From positions 9,783,677 to 9,847,676 of the forward strand of contig CM082592.2 of assembly GCA_040954595.2 (NCBI GenBank): a DNA stretch of 64,000 bases. Reading direction: 5' to 3'. The position numbers were made by a program, and so were the translations under genes. Position 1 is the first letter of the stretch; each line of letters opens with the position of its first letter. Below the pieces are notes generated by a model. It was given only the letters and a program-made list of their open reading frames with translations, was not told the DNA's origin and ran no database searches. Source of the stretch: Balanoglossus misakiensis. Lineage: Eukaryota > Animalia > Hemichordata. Positions 41,776 to 53,901 of this stretch are shown here, piece after piece.

Positions 41776-44700
41776 CTAGTTACAGATGTTCAGTATTTGT
41801 TTGCCCCCGAACGAACTGGACTTTCCCAGGTTTTGTACTGCAATGGCGGCGTCTTCCAGGGAATACTGTCTGCCAACAACTGGAACCAGTAATCCAGCTT
41901 TGACTTTACTTTCGATGAATTCAAACCCTTCCTCTAGCTCTGTCTGGGATTAAATAGTATTTGTAAATGTTTCAGAACCTGTCGGAAACAGATGTCAACC
42001 CATGACATTGTGCCCATTATTATGATATACCGGTAACTTTATTTTAGAGGTTACATCACTTTTTAATACAGGAGAAAAAAGTGTTACTTCTCTTATCAAA
42101 GTTCTACATCCAAGCTGTAATGAATCACACTTACTTTTGTAGCTGTTATTAATCCCACTCCGAGCATGTTCAACTCTTTGGGCATGAGACCCTCTAGATT
42201 GGTTTGTAGCTGACCTGGACCTCTTCCAATAATCTTTTGGAAGACAATGATTGAGTTGTTATAAGAGATTTTAAGAGACCCCATGCCTGTGTTATATCTA
42301 CACGCATGAATCATACATGAATGAACTCTGCTTACCATAATCCTCCCCTTTGAAGCTGCCATCTTTATATCTCCTTCCAGATTTAATGAAGTTGTTGTTT
42401 CCACAATAAGATTAACACCTTTTCCACCAGTCGCTTCCTAAAATATCAAATCCATGCAAAAGCAATACAATTACAACATGCAATATGTTTTGTCCACCAC
42501 AACTCTTCCCACGACTAGTGACAATGGGTGCTTCTAGCGTTTGTGTCTCAATATAATATAATTTAGCTTTCGAGACATGTTAACTTTTCCCCTGTCTACT
42601 ACAAATGATTCTTCACTCACCAGGACCTGATTCACGTGATCTGGTGTTTTGTGATTAAAGACGAAATCAGCCCCATTTTGCTTCACAAGATTTTCTCCTT
42701 CAGCTGTGCTCGCTGTGCCAATTATTTTCAGACCCAACGCCCGTGCCACCTGACAGCAAGCTAATCCAACCTGCAAAAATAAGAATTCACCTATAGACTA
42801 TGTTCTTTTTCCACAAGGAAATTTTATTGAGTGATAGTCCCCTTGTTCGCCAAGCTACAATGCATGAAAAGACAACATTGCAGATAACTGCTGGATGAAA
42901 AATGTAACTGAGTTAATATTGCAAGAAAATTCAAGATGGTGTGAACTTACCGAACCACTAGCTCCGTGGATCAGAACAGTTTCCCCGCTTTGTGCCTTAC
43001 CTCTGAAAGTAAAATACAAAGTAAGCTTCTTGTTTCACTGATATCAGGTTTTGTAAGAACCTATCCGCCATGTCTGTTTGACATGTGACAGCCGTGTCAA
43101 CTGCGCATGTGCGACATGAATAAAGCAATACCGCCACCAACAACTTAGAAGTGTTGCATGGCAACACAACTGCAGTTTGAAGTACAGTGAGTCATCCATC
43201 ACTTTTCCATTGTATGGGTTGAACGTTCGTTTAATCATGTTGAAGAAGAGCTTTGTAAACTCGGATAACAGTAGTCACAGACCTGTAAACGATAGCTCTG
43301 TAGGCAGTTAGGTAGGGCGTCGCCAACACCGCGCCTTGTTGGAAGCTTATATTTTCTGGCAGAGGGCGCACTTCGTCTTCGTTCACCGAAACGTGTTCCG
43401 CATAGAACCCCATCTTTCTCGAAAACACGTAAACACGGTCTCCAGGCTAAAAACAAACAAGCACGGTATTCAAAACAGGTTGGCAAAGTTTTACCATACT
43501 TCGGACTGGATAGGAAGGAACATATAAGGAACCAACTTCATGATGATGTTGAGTTTTGGTTTAGGTCCCCTGGCATCCTTACAGGCATTTTGCTCACTCA
43601 AAAGCAATTGGAAATTTTGTTGAAATGAAAAAGATGCATCCGGAAACACACAAATCAACGTACCTTGAACTTGGTGACGTCATTACCAACGTCTCCCACT
43701 ATACCTGCTGCATCGAGTCCGGGTATGAAAGGAGGCCGCGCTTGAAGGCGTTTGAACTGGCCAGTAATGATCCCTTTGTCGATTGAGTTGACCCCTGCAG
43801 CGTGGATTCGGACAGATATCTGCGAAAATCGGACGGAGAATAATGGTAACGCTCATTATTACACAAATTTCACACAAAGTAGAAAAAAGAATCTTTAGAT
43901 GATACGTATAGCAAAAGTGTACACAAAATCACCATATTTTCATGATTGCCATTGAATAACACGACAGTACATATACTATTGGAGTTCAAAGGAATACTTC
44001 ACCATAGACCCTCTAGATGCAAAACAGCGGTAAATCACGAGGTATGTGATTTCAGTCTCTCACAGAAACCACATAAAAAATCATATTCCCGCAGCCTCAG
44101 CTTAAGACTATTTGAGTTTCATATCGGCAAATCCGCACAATAATTTGACTGCATTACTGTTTGTGCATTCCTCTCGATCGGGTAAAACTAATGAGGGCAT
44201 TACATATTAGTTAGTTTTAAATTTCGGTCTAATGTGCTGTAATTAAAAGTTTTGGTTCCCCCTGTAGTGTAAAGGTGGTTGTCACTGCCCCATCTGTGAA
44301 TTATTATAAGAATTATTTCCCCAGATGAGCCAACATTTTACAGTTGACCAGCAAAGAGAGCGGATATTCGGTGCGTAAACAAGGTGTTTACTGGTTAGAA
44401 TGGCAACCAATCTTTTAGATTGACCTCCTCTTATGTCGGAAACGGGGCCACAGATACCACGTATTCCAACGTGTTGCCTGACAACGCGTCATCATACATC
44501 TATATGCTAATACAGTTGAGTTTTTGAGTCACAGTTTTTGCGCTCCATGAAGTGACGACAGTGCTGAACTTACAATTCGAACTTGAATATTGGCCATTTC
44601 AACGTGCTCCAGACTGGGTCGATAATCAGAAGAATAGCAGTTCTCACAGTGAACTGAATAAGAAATAAACTGGGGGAAAATTAACTACTTTTCTGAATCC

Positions 44701-46257
44701 ATCAGAGGTCAACTTTGGCGATAATTTCGGTACTTTTGTTCTGTATCAACTTGTCTTTTAGCTCCCCCCCCCCCCCCACAACATGATAAGACGTCCAGAA
44801 TGTGTGTGCGCAGTCTTATTGCCAGACAGAGTTCCCGAACACCTGTGGAGTGGCATTGCGAGAATATTTTCATATTTTTCCGGACCTTCGGACAAGCTGA
44901 TAATTACCTAAAATCCCACTAGCTTAAGCTTATCGTTTGAACTGTCTGTGCACTTTCGTACCCGGCGTTGTTTGCTCTCTGTCGTATGAAAATAACAAAC
45001 TGCCTAGCCACGCAGTGCCTCACAAGGTCACGGTCTCGCGAGTGGAATTTGGCAAACGGGTTATTGACCGTGGATTACCTATAGGCATGACCTGTCAGTG
45101 ACCGTGTACACGTTACAGGTGGCACTAGACACCACCGCCACAACAAGGCTGATTTTGCAGTTACCCCCCCCCCTTCCCCACCAACACACACACCTTGTTC
45201 CAGCCAGTGCCTGGTAAACGTAATGGATTCCCCCCCCCCCCTCCCCTTTTCGTCTAACTTTTGTGTTTGTCAAAACAGAGTAATGAACACCTTTAGTTTT
45301 TACGAGCGTGTGTGTATTGTCCCAAGTAGTAGCGGACCAGGATATCAACACAAGGTTGCGCCGTATCCGTGTCGTGTCCTATTTTGCAGTTGTTTGTTGT
45401 TTGTCTTTATCTTATTACTTAATATCGGCCACTGTTTACTTACAAGTCAAAGTACGATTTTTAATAAACCTTCGCCATTCTTTTAATTAACAGGCCCATA
45501 AAAGAAGTTTTTTATTGGCCTAAATACTAGTATGGTTACGGAAAGAACGCGGAAAATCAAATTATGAATAGTGATTAATAATTTCGTTGCCCGTTACCAC
45601 AGAAACGAGGAGATAAATTTCACAGTTGTCACAAAATTCAGATCTAAGTAACAGCACGATTGAAAGCAATGACTCGAGTTGTAAAAAGGGATTTCGAGTA
45701 TGGTGGAACTGACAAGGTACTAGAGGCCCCGGCCCTGGTGCTCTTCCCGGCAAAAAACTGCCAATTGAAGAGAGATGCCCGCGATGTTGCGGGTTCAACA
45801 TAGATAATTCGCACCTGTTCCAGTCATCCTATCCTAAGTAGACATACTTTGAGTGTTTGCTGTGGATGAATTATATAAATAAATATAACGGAAACACTGC
45901 CACAGTACTTGTTTTTTTATACTTCAATTCAGATGTTTCCGCCAGAGAAAATTTGCAACTTGAAGAAAAATGCTGACTCGGCATTCATATTTTAAGACCC
46001 TCTAACTGAAACACTCGCGATTGGGACATCATCGTTTTCTGTTTATCTTTGTTGTCTTGTCGTGCTTGTTTTAAATATATTGACGTTAACACACACACAA
46101 AAACCAGGAAAATGAAAAAATTTTGGTTTTTAAATTTTGCTTGGTCGTCATGACGCCGTTGCCTTACCTTCCGAGCGCCAACTTCGGGTTTCGCCGCATC
46201 ATTGCGAACTTCAAGACAACAGGGCTCCTCAAAACTCGTCACATATACGGCTCTCAT
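41776..46257 (-). CDS. CRYZ: Quinone oxidoreductase / zeta-crystallin (MDR family), multi-exon
   Basis: MRAVYVTSF..., AAGVNSID, PFIPGLDAAGIVG.VG, GAVLATPYLTAYRA, GETVLIHGASGSVGLACCQ, GADFVFNH, GRIMIIGRG; ends ...GGKQILNICN*. Confidence 0.92.
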
Positions 46258-47186
46258 TTTTTGTAGCTTCAATTCAATTCAAACGACACACAGGACCACT
46301 TCTTTGCTTTTCTCGGGATCGGGGGACTGGTATGTAATCGGAGAAGTAAGTGTATCAACGTTTGCTTCGTAATCGGACACACAGGTGAGTGCCACGGACT
46401 TTTATGCGGATAACGTGTAAAGTGCGCACGCGTAAAATGGGTTAAAATCATAACGCACAGAAGAGAGATTACGGGGCGGGGTTAAATAAGTCACGTGTTC
46501 GGTAAACGCAATTTCTTACATTTGGGTGAGGGAATACCGTGCGCAAATTCTCACTGAGATTTGAAGGAGCATTTTCAATGCGAGAACTAGAATTCATAGC
46601 TCAATATCTCTATAACACTTCCACACTTTCAGGGGAGGGAGGGGGATTCAGATCAAACGCAATGAGATGCCTTTATCTTTTGCACATGTTTTATTACACC
46701 TTGACATATGCTGCTCTTATGTCACCGCGAGAGGTGAGCTGACATAATACAATTTCACCACCCCGGCGCTCGGCTGTCAGTAAAACCAACGAATATTTAT
46801 ACCTGTGTACCGCTCACCTATGACACCGCTTGGGTTGCATTGTAATAAGACACAGCACAAATACAGAATAGCAAAAATGACGTGGGTAGTTTGGGTTCAT
46901 TATTACATGCATTTTCAATACCTGTGTGTTTTACCCGGAATGAAAAATGTACATTTCAGATTATCATTTAAATTTTGTTGAAATTTGTCGAAATTTTATA
47001 TAGGTCTATCTCCACATTTCTTACTGGGAAACGTAAATCAATAAACAAATAGATAAAAAAAATGCCCTTTGATTCCTACAAGGGAAAAAGTTTGGGAATT
47101 TCGTTGACTGGTTTACGGAGAATACATTGTGTAGTTACTGAGAATGTGTTACGTAATGTGTACGCTGACCATGGATTGTGTGAAAC

Positions 47187-47219
47187 CATAGACAGTGGAG
47201 AAAAGACGGACGTGCTACT
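47187..47219 (+). repeat. Left terminal inverted repeat (33 bp)
   Basis: Exact reverse complement of 56470-56502; begins with CAT like P elements. Confidence 0.96.
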
Positions 47220-48863
47220 GCCGCAGACAACAAAGGAAAACGGCGATAATCCGGGAGCAACGTCTGTTGGGTAACGGCCCGGTAATACCCATGTTGCAAC
47301 ACCGTGTAAACAGTCAGTCGCCATCTTGGATTTGACCGTACCGCATCTACTACGCGTGTTCCCTTTTTGCCATTGTTTTTCGTTTTTCCCCTGGTTCCTT
47401 TACCCCGTGCCTGTTGTTCGACCAGTTATACATCTAGTAGGTAAGTGTGTTTAGTTTTTTTTGTGTAGATAGTTACCTTCGATGTAAAATACAATCGCTG
47501 GTCGTCATGTTTGACTACTCGTGTCCACATATGTAGCGATATGTGAGCATAGACAGTGGCTATGGTGTGAGTTTACCCCTTTTACGACAAATTTATGACA
47601 TGAAACAGAAAATCGTTTTTTTGTGATCAATCTTTAGAATGTCAGCATTTGCAATGGGGATTTTGTTTGTGGCTAAATGTGACAGAAACGTCGTTTTTAT
47701 GGGGGGAAATATTTGTTTGGGACGCCTATTTCCGACCAGTTTGTCTTTGCTGAGGTGCAGAAAAGTGCGATTACGTAGTCAGATTTCTTCATAATTTCGG
47801 GTTTGTGGCTATCTTTGTTTGTCGTTATGGTGTACATATTGTAATAATATAAAAAATACGACTTGTGTTTTTAAATTCGTGCGTTTTTATGTAGAATTAC
47901 CTCGTGAGGCCTCGTACGTTTGTCGGGTAGGGTGAGTGCGTCATTAGTGTTACGTTTCCCCCTTTTGAGATAAATTCGTAACAAAAAACAGAAAGTTGTA
48001 TATATGTAGTCGTCCTTTAGGATGTTGGGATTTGCAACATGAATGTTTCGTGTGCCTAGCTTGCCCAGAAATGGTTTTATCGGACGGGAAATATGGTGTT
48101 GTCGCGTCAGCGGGCGCCATCTTTCTTCCCGTAATTCCCTATTGAATACACTGCTCTTTGTTTAGAAAGAAACTTGGTACAGCAACTCCAGCTGTTGTGT
48201 ATCCGGTCATTTTTGCGTACTTATCACCGATCGGGGATTGTGTATAGTCATCGAAAAAAACATGTCACGAACGGACAATTAATCTGTTTGAAGTCAATAT
48301 TTTGCATGGTGATTTTTTTGTATATCAATGCCAGAAAGACAATTTGTACATTTTTTTTGAGTGATGACCTTTGGGTGCCAGGTCACATTTGATTTGGGTC
48401 ATCCATGAACTTAGCCTTGAGTTCTAAGATAGACAGTGGCTCAACTGTGTCTGTTCATGGACTTGAGATGTTTGATGATTCTAACAATTTAAAGCTGTGA
48501 AAAGACAGATTAGTTTTTAATGTACAGTGGAGCTTGTTTTGTTATTTCATAGGCTATTATAATGATTTATGTGGGACTGCAACAACAAAGCCTGTGGTTA
48601 TTGAGTTATTTGATCACAACTTCATGCATTATCAAAATTTCTGTTAATTAAAATCAATCAATATTCCGAGCTTTTTTTTACCAAGGCGCAATATCATTGT
48701 TGGCCTGCAATTCTGCTACCAGATCAAAAACATTTTTCCTAGTATCCATAAGGCCTTAAGTTTTGAAAACTATTTATTTAGGTAAGGTGCATGCATATAC
48801 AATATTATCTTCCGATATTTCAGTGAGCTTATTCTTTCTTTTCTATTCTAACAGAATACTGTC

Positions 48864-51800
48864 ATGCCCTACAAGTATGGTATCAGTCAGCACAGGAAGA
48901 ATTATAAAAAGAATAAAACTAGACGATCGAAAGAGAAAAAGAAGAAGCTGCTGGATAATGAGAATCAGGCTTTGGTTGATTCACCAGATTGTCATGAGTG
49001 TGAACCTGCACGTGTTGAAAACCTTAATGACTGTGTAGATGAACTGTCCTGCTCCAATGTGATCCCCAGTGTCGATGAACAGCTACTATGGCTTAACACT
49101 GTGGAAGCACTGAATGGTTTGTCACAGCAAGAAAACACTACAACCGTAACAACTGCTGAACATGGTATGTCAGACATATCCCAAAGCCAGGACATTCACA
49201 AGCCAGATTTTCAAGAAAGCAACGATGTGCCACCCATGGTTGTCCTGCAAGCAAACCCCCCTCCACTGTCGGCGTTCGGAAGATATAGACACCAAGAACA
49301 TGTTGACAAGCAATCGCAAGTCCATCCTGCTAGATCATCCAGTTTTCCGGGACTAAATGTTGGCTCTTACATGCCAATGAATTTTGAAGCGATCCGAGCT
49401 GTCCTGAAGACCTGTTGCCTACCAAAAGGATGGGTAGACCAGTCAGACAACTCTCAACTGAACTTCCTGTTTGTCCAGTCCCAAGTTGGTCAGGAGTCGG
49501 TGATCATGAAGTCACTTACAGTCCAGCAAGATGGCTCATGGCAAGTACGAGTCTTCGGCCAAGTCATGGATGTCAAGACAGTTTTTCCCCAATATCCTAC
49601 TCTGCTCCAAAGTCCTTCTGTTGTCCTGTCAGTAGTCCAAGAAATTCATGAAAGGCGCATCTGTTCGGGAAATCCTGATGAAAAGTTCTGGTCAGTTCCA
49701 GAGATCCAGAATGGTAGAGGACTTACTGGGCAAATGGTTCGTCAGCAGGTACTGCTTGAAGGCGAAGGAGGCAAATGGTATAACACAACCCTGCGAGCGG
49801 CCAACTGTGAATTGACCACCAGCAAAGTTCGATGCAGCCCGTGCGAGCAGCTAAGGAAAACAATGTTTGCTGTGCTTAGCAGACAGAAGAGGAGAAATGC
49901 AGGTAGCCATGAAGACGATCCAGCAGCCCATAGAGTACATGCCAGTAGCTCTGTCCCGCTATCAGCTTTAACAGCTGATGAACTTTACCAGAGAACACAC
50001 AATATAATAAAAGCAAAACGCCGAGTAGAAGCCAGTGAAGCCAGGCTGAGAGTAAAGCTGCAGGAGAGCATCAATCAAGAAGGGGAGTGTTTGGATAGTG
50101 AGACCTCATCAAGTATGAAGCAGATCATAAGTGAATATGATAGCGTCATACAGGAAGAAAATACAGAAGGGACATTTCGCAGGTTGTTTTGGGAACAGCA
50201 AAAAGAAGCCCTTCGATGTGCTGATAAACGAGGCCATCGCTGGCACCCAATGTTTATAAAATGGTGTTTGAATCTGCGTTTACGATCGAGTGCAGCATAC
50301 AACACATTACGGGACTCTGGTGTTCTTGAATTACCCCATGAAAGAACACTTATTGATTACACGCACTGGACTAAGGCAACCACTGGTTTCACAGAAGCAG
50401 CCTTTGATCAGCTACTGCGAGAAAGTAATTTCAGCCAGCTGGAAGAACACCAGAAGTATGTTGTCCTTCTTCATGATGAGTTGCGCATCTCCTCCGATCT
50501 GGTTTATGTCAAGAGTAGTGGCCAACTCATTGGCTTCGTCAACATTGGGGACTTCAGCAATTCGCTCATGTTGTATGAGAAGACCCTGAAGACTGATGGT
50601 CAGAAACCAACTCCTGAAGTTGCCCGCTACATCCTTACTTTCATGGTTAGAGGCATAACACTCAGGCTCCAGTATCCACTAGCCCATTTTCCCACAAACA
50701 CCATAACGGCAGACTATCTTTTCCCCTTGATATGGAGAGCAATTGAATTTCTAGAACTAATAGGGTTCAGAGTAATGGCTTCTACTTCTGATGGTGCGTC
50801 AGCTAACAGGCGATTTTATAAGCTGCATGCAATGGGACCAAGGGCTGCTGCAGACGTTGTCTACTGGACCGAAAACTACTGTACAGAAGAGGACCGGCGG
50901 ATATATTTCTTTTCAGACGTACCACACCTAATGAAAACCACTAGGAATTGTTGGTCAAATTCGGGATGCCATTCAAAGAAAAGAATGTTATGGGTAAAAG
51001 CCTATTATAATTCTGTACTTTTTACAGTGTGTATAGAAACAAATATTTAGCTTTTTTCTTATTATCTTATTATTGCCATTATGCTTATATGTAAATAATT
51101 TATGCAAAAATATATCAAGATCTTATAAAGTTTTAATAAAAACAATGGGTCATTTTTTATGTTAATTAATGATTGCATTTTCCTTTTTTTTCTCACTTAG
51201 AATGGTGAACCGATCAACTGGCAAACTGTCATTGATATGTACAAAGCAGATCTGGAAAGAGGAGGATTGTTTCTCTGCAACAAGCTGAGATATGAACATG
51301 TGCATCTAACATCTTTCTCCAGGATGAAAGTGAAGTATGCTGTTCAAGTAAGTAATTTATTTCCATTTGTTAAATATTTTCCCACAATACAGTTTATTAG
51401 CAAGGTCTTGAGATCTGTGTTTGACACCACATAGAAGAGATAATGTTAGGTCATATATCATGATAATAAGATATGTTGTGTGATGCAAGTGAATTGTCTG
51501 ATCATCCTGCTATTATAAAATTAATACAAGATGGCAATTGTGAAACAGAAAAGTGATATATTTTTATATCTACTTGCTCACAGGTGCTTAGTACACAAGT
51601 GGCAAATGCCATAGAGACATTCTATGGCAATGGTCACAGAGCCACCATTGAATTTATACGACATTTTGACAAGTTCTTTGATTGTATGAATGTTCGAAGT
51701 ACCAAAGAAGGCATACAAAAGAGGAAACCGAATCTGTTGCCCTACAGATCACCAGACGATGAAAGACTGACTGTAAGTATATGTATCTGTATATGTCTTT

Positions 51801-53121
51801 AATTTATGTTCAATAACCTATTGTCATGATGTAAAAAAATACCATCTCATATTTCCTGTTGTCTATAACATACATGCATTCCGGCATTATTCATTATATC
51901 AGTACATTTTTCATTTAAGACACAAGCCTCTCTGCCAATTAAGGACAAGAGATGCTGTGAACAGTGTAGCATATTTCACAAAGAATTTTAGTTCTGTTCA
52001 TTCGGTAGTAAAAATGAATTGTGAAGGGAGAGCTTTCCGCTGCCTTATATATGTATGCATATAACTTTGAACTTTGATAAGACATATTCAGAAATTGATA
52101 GGTATAATAGGATCAAGTTATGAGCTGCAATGTACATGTTAATGAAATAAAATATTGTGATTTCTTCACATTTCAACCCATCTAGTGGCTTGAGGGTGAG
52201 TTCCTGACATATCTTAGCGACTGGGATGCTAGAGTTGATGCCAGAGTTCATCTGTCAAAACGGGACAAAGGCCGCATGAAGCTAAGTCAACAAACCTTGG
52301 AAGGTATCCGCATGTCAGGTAAATAACATAAAATCATAGACAGTGGAAATCTTGTGCCACTGTCTGTAATAAAATATATCAATATTTTGTCTTTATAATT
52401 TACTTCATTCTCTAATTTTTTAATCACTCCCTGTGGAATGTTAATTCTCATTGTAACTGAGGAGGCACTGTTAATACAACCAAGTGTGTGTTAGTGGCAA
52501 CCCCTATAATGAGAATTTGTCTCTAGTAAGTTTTCACTTTGGTTGGCTATAATCTCTCTGTCCAAAAAGACCAATTTGAAACGGTGGCTTTACAGGCTGC
52601 TTGGCTGGTAAAAAATGCTGTGAGTGCAAAATATTTTTTAATTATCAAACCGTACTAAAATGCAAGCAAAAATTAATGAAGAGTTACTGAGTGCTAGTGT
52701 AACCTGCCAATTTAACAAATCCTGTACATGGTATTGTGATGTTGTTGTACACTATTTATTACGACCACTGAAATCCTTCCCTTACTAACCATCCTATACT
52801 GCATTCTTTTTATTCCATTCTACAGTGAAGTCATTTGTTGACTTGGCAAGGTACCTACTCAACCAACCGGGTGTGGAGTGTGTTCTCTCAGAGAAACTCA
52901 ACCAGGATCCTTTGGAGTCCTATTTCGGGAATCAACGCCAAATGAAGGGTGGGAATGAGGCACCCTCAGTGCAACAGTTCTGCCAAAATGCCAATGCTCT
53001 TCGGCTGAAGTCTTCACACGTTTTGTCTGTGAGAGGAGCCAATGTTACAACAATGGCTGATGCGCCGCTGGATAACACAGCACTGCCAAGACGTTCCCAT
53101 ACCAGACATTCACATCCGTAG
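48864..53121 (+). CDS. P-element/THAP9-family transposase (5 coding exons, ~964 aa, no THAP domain seen)
   Basis: Exons 48864-50993, 51201-51347, 51584-51772, 52186-52318 and 52826-53121 total 2895 nt with an open frame. Motifs: RWHP..IKWCLNLRLRSSAAYNTLR...LPHERTL, LLHDELRI (D), STSDGASAN (D), FSDVPHLMKTTRN (DxxH), RMKVKYAVQV, FDKFFDCMN, LNQDPLESYFGNQR (E). Confidence 0.95.
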
Positions 53122-53213
53122 GACTGTTTGAATTTATCTCAGTGGATATGTCACAGAAATTGTTATGTTGAGATGAATGAGTAATAGCAGATGACAGTGA
53201 GATTTATGTCACA

Positions 53214-53472
53214 CTCTGACATTAGCTGTAAGTTTCTGTTCTGGGTACCAAACATTTAAGATACACAGAACAGAAATAGTGAGCGAACAGTCGTTGTTGA
53301 TGTTTTTTTTTGGGGGGGGGGGGGAATTTCAGTGGGCAATGAATTTTCTTTACTTTCACTGGAATTCATTAGTGAACAAACAGTCCTTTTTTACCCTCTG
53401 ACATTAGCTGTAAGTTTCTGTCCTGGGTACCAAACATTTAAGATACACAGAACAGAAATAGGAGCGAACAGT
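53214..53472 (+). repeat. ~78-bp direct repeat (53214-53291 and 53396-53472) between the convergent transposon genes
   Basis: CTCTGACATTAGCTGTAAGTTTCTGT.CTGGGTACCAAACATTTAAGATACACAGAACAGAAATAG.GAGCGAACAGT occurs twice. Confidence 0.9.
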
Positions 53473-53901
53473 TTTTGTTGTTTTTTTTTTTCACTCGAAT
53501 CCATTGTTGCTGAAAACTGATGTTGTTGTTGCCGCCGGTGATGCCATCATCCATTCAATGAGTCATTGCTTTCAAAGTTTAGTTGGAGAACAACACTGTT
53601 TTATTTTTTCTGTAAAATATTTTAGGTGTGTATGCATACCTCTCAGAACAGTTTCTGTTGGTGGAGTAAAAAAATCTGAATCATTCATCATTGGAGGATT
53701 ATGCTCTGTGTACTGTTAGAGGATCACATTCACTGTTAAAAGCACACTCTTACGAAATACACTGTACTGCAATTTATTCTTTATTACTCAACACATGCTA
53801 GTACATTTTTCAATCTTAAACGTGTACATGTTCAAAGAAAATTTTCAACCTGACAGTTTACAATATATGGTGCAATAAATAATGGTCGGATTTGACAAAC
53901 T

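Noticed and set aside
43822-46165. Unusually long CRYZ first intron with poly-C tracts as a possible TE remnant
   Set aside because: No TIR, TSD or coding remnant could be identified.
50994-51050. Intron read-through giving a 728-aa truncated 'repressor', as in Drosophila P
   Set aside because: Any retained intron would produce a stop, and there is no sequence evidence of regulated retention here.
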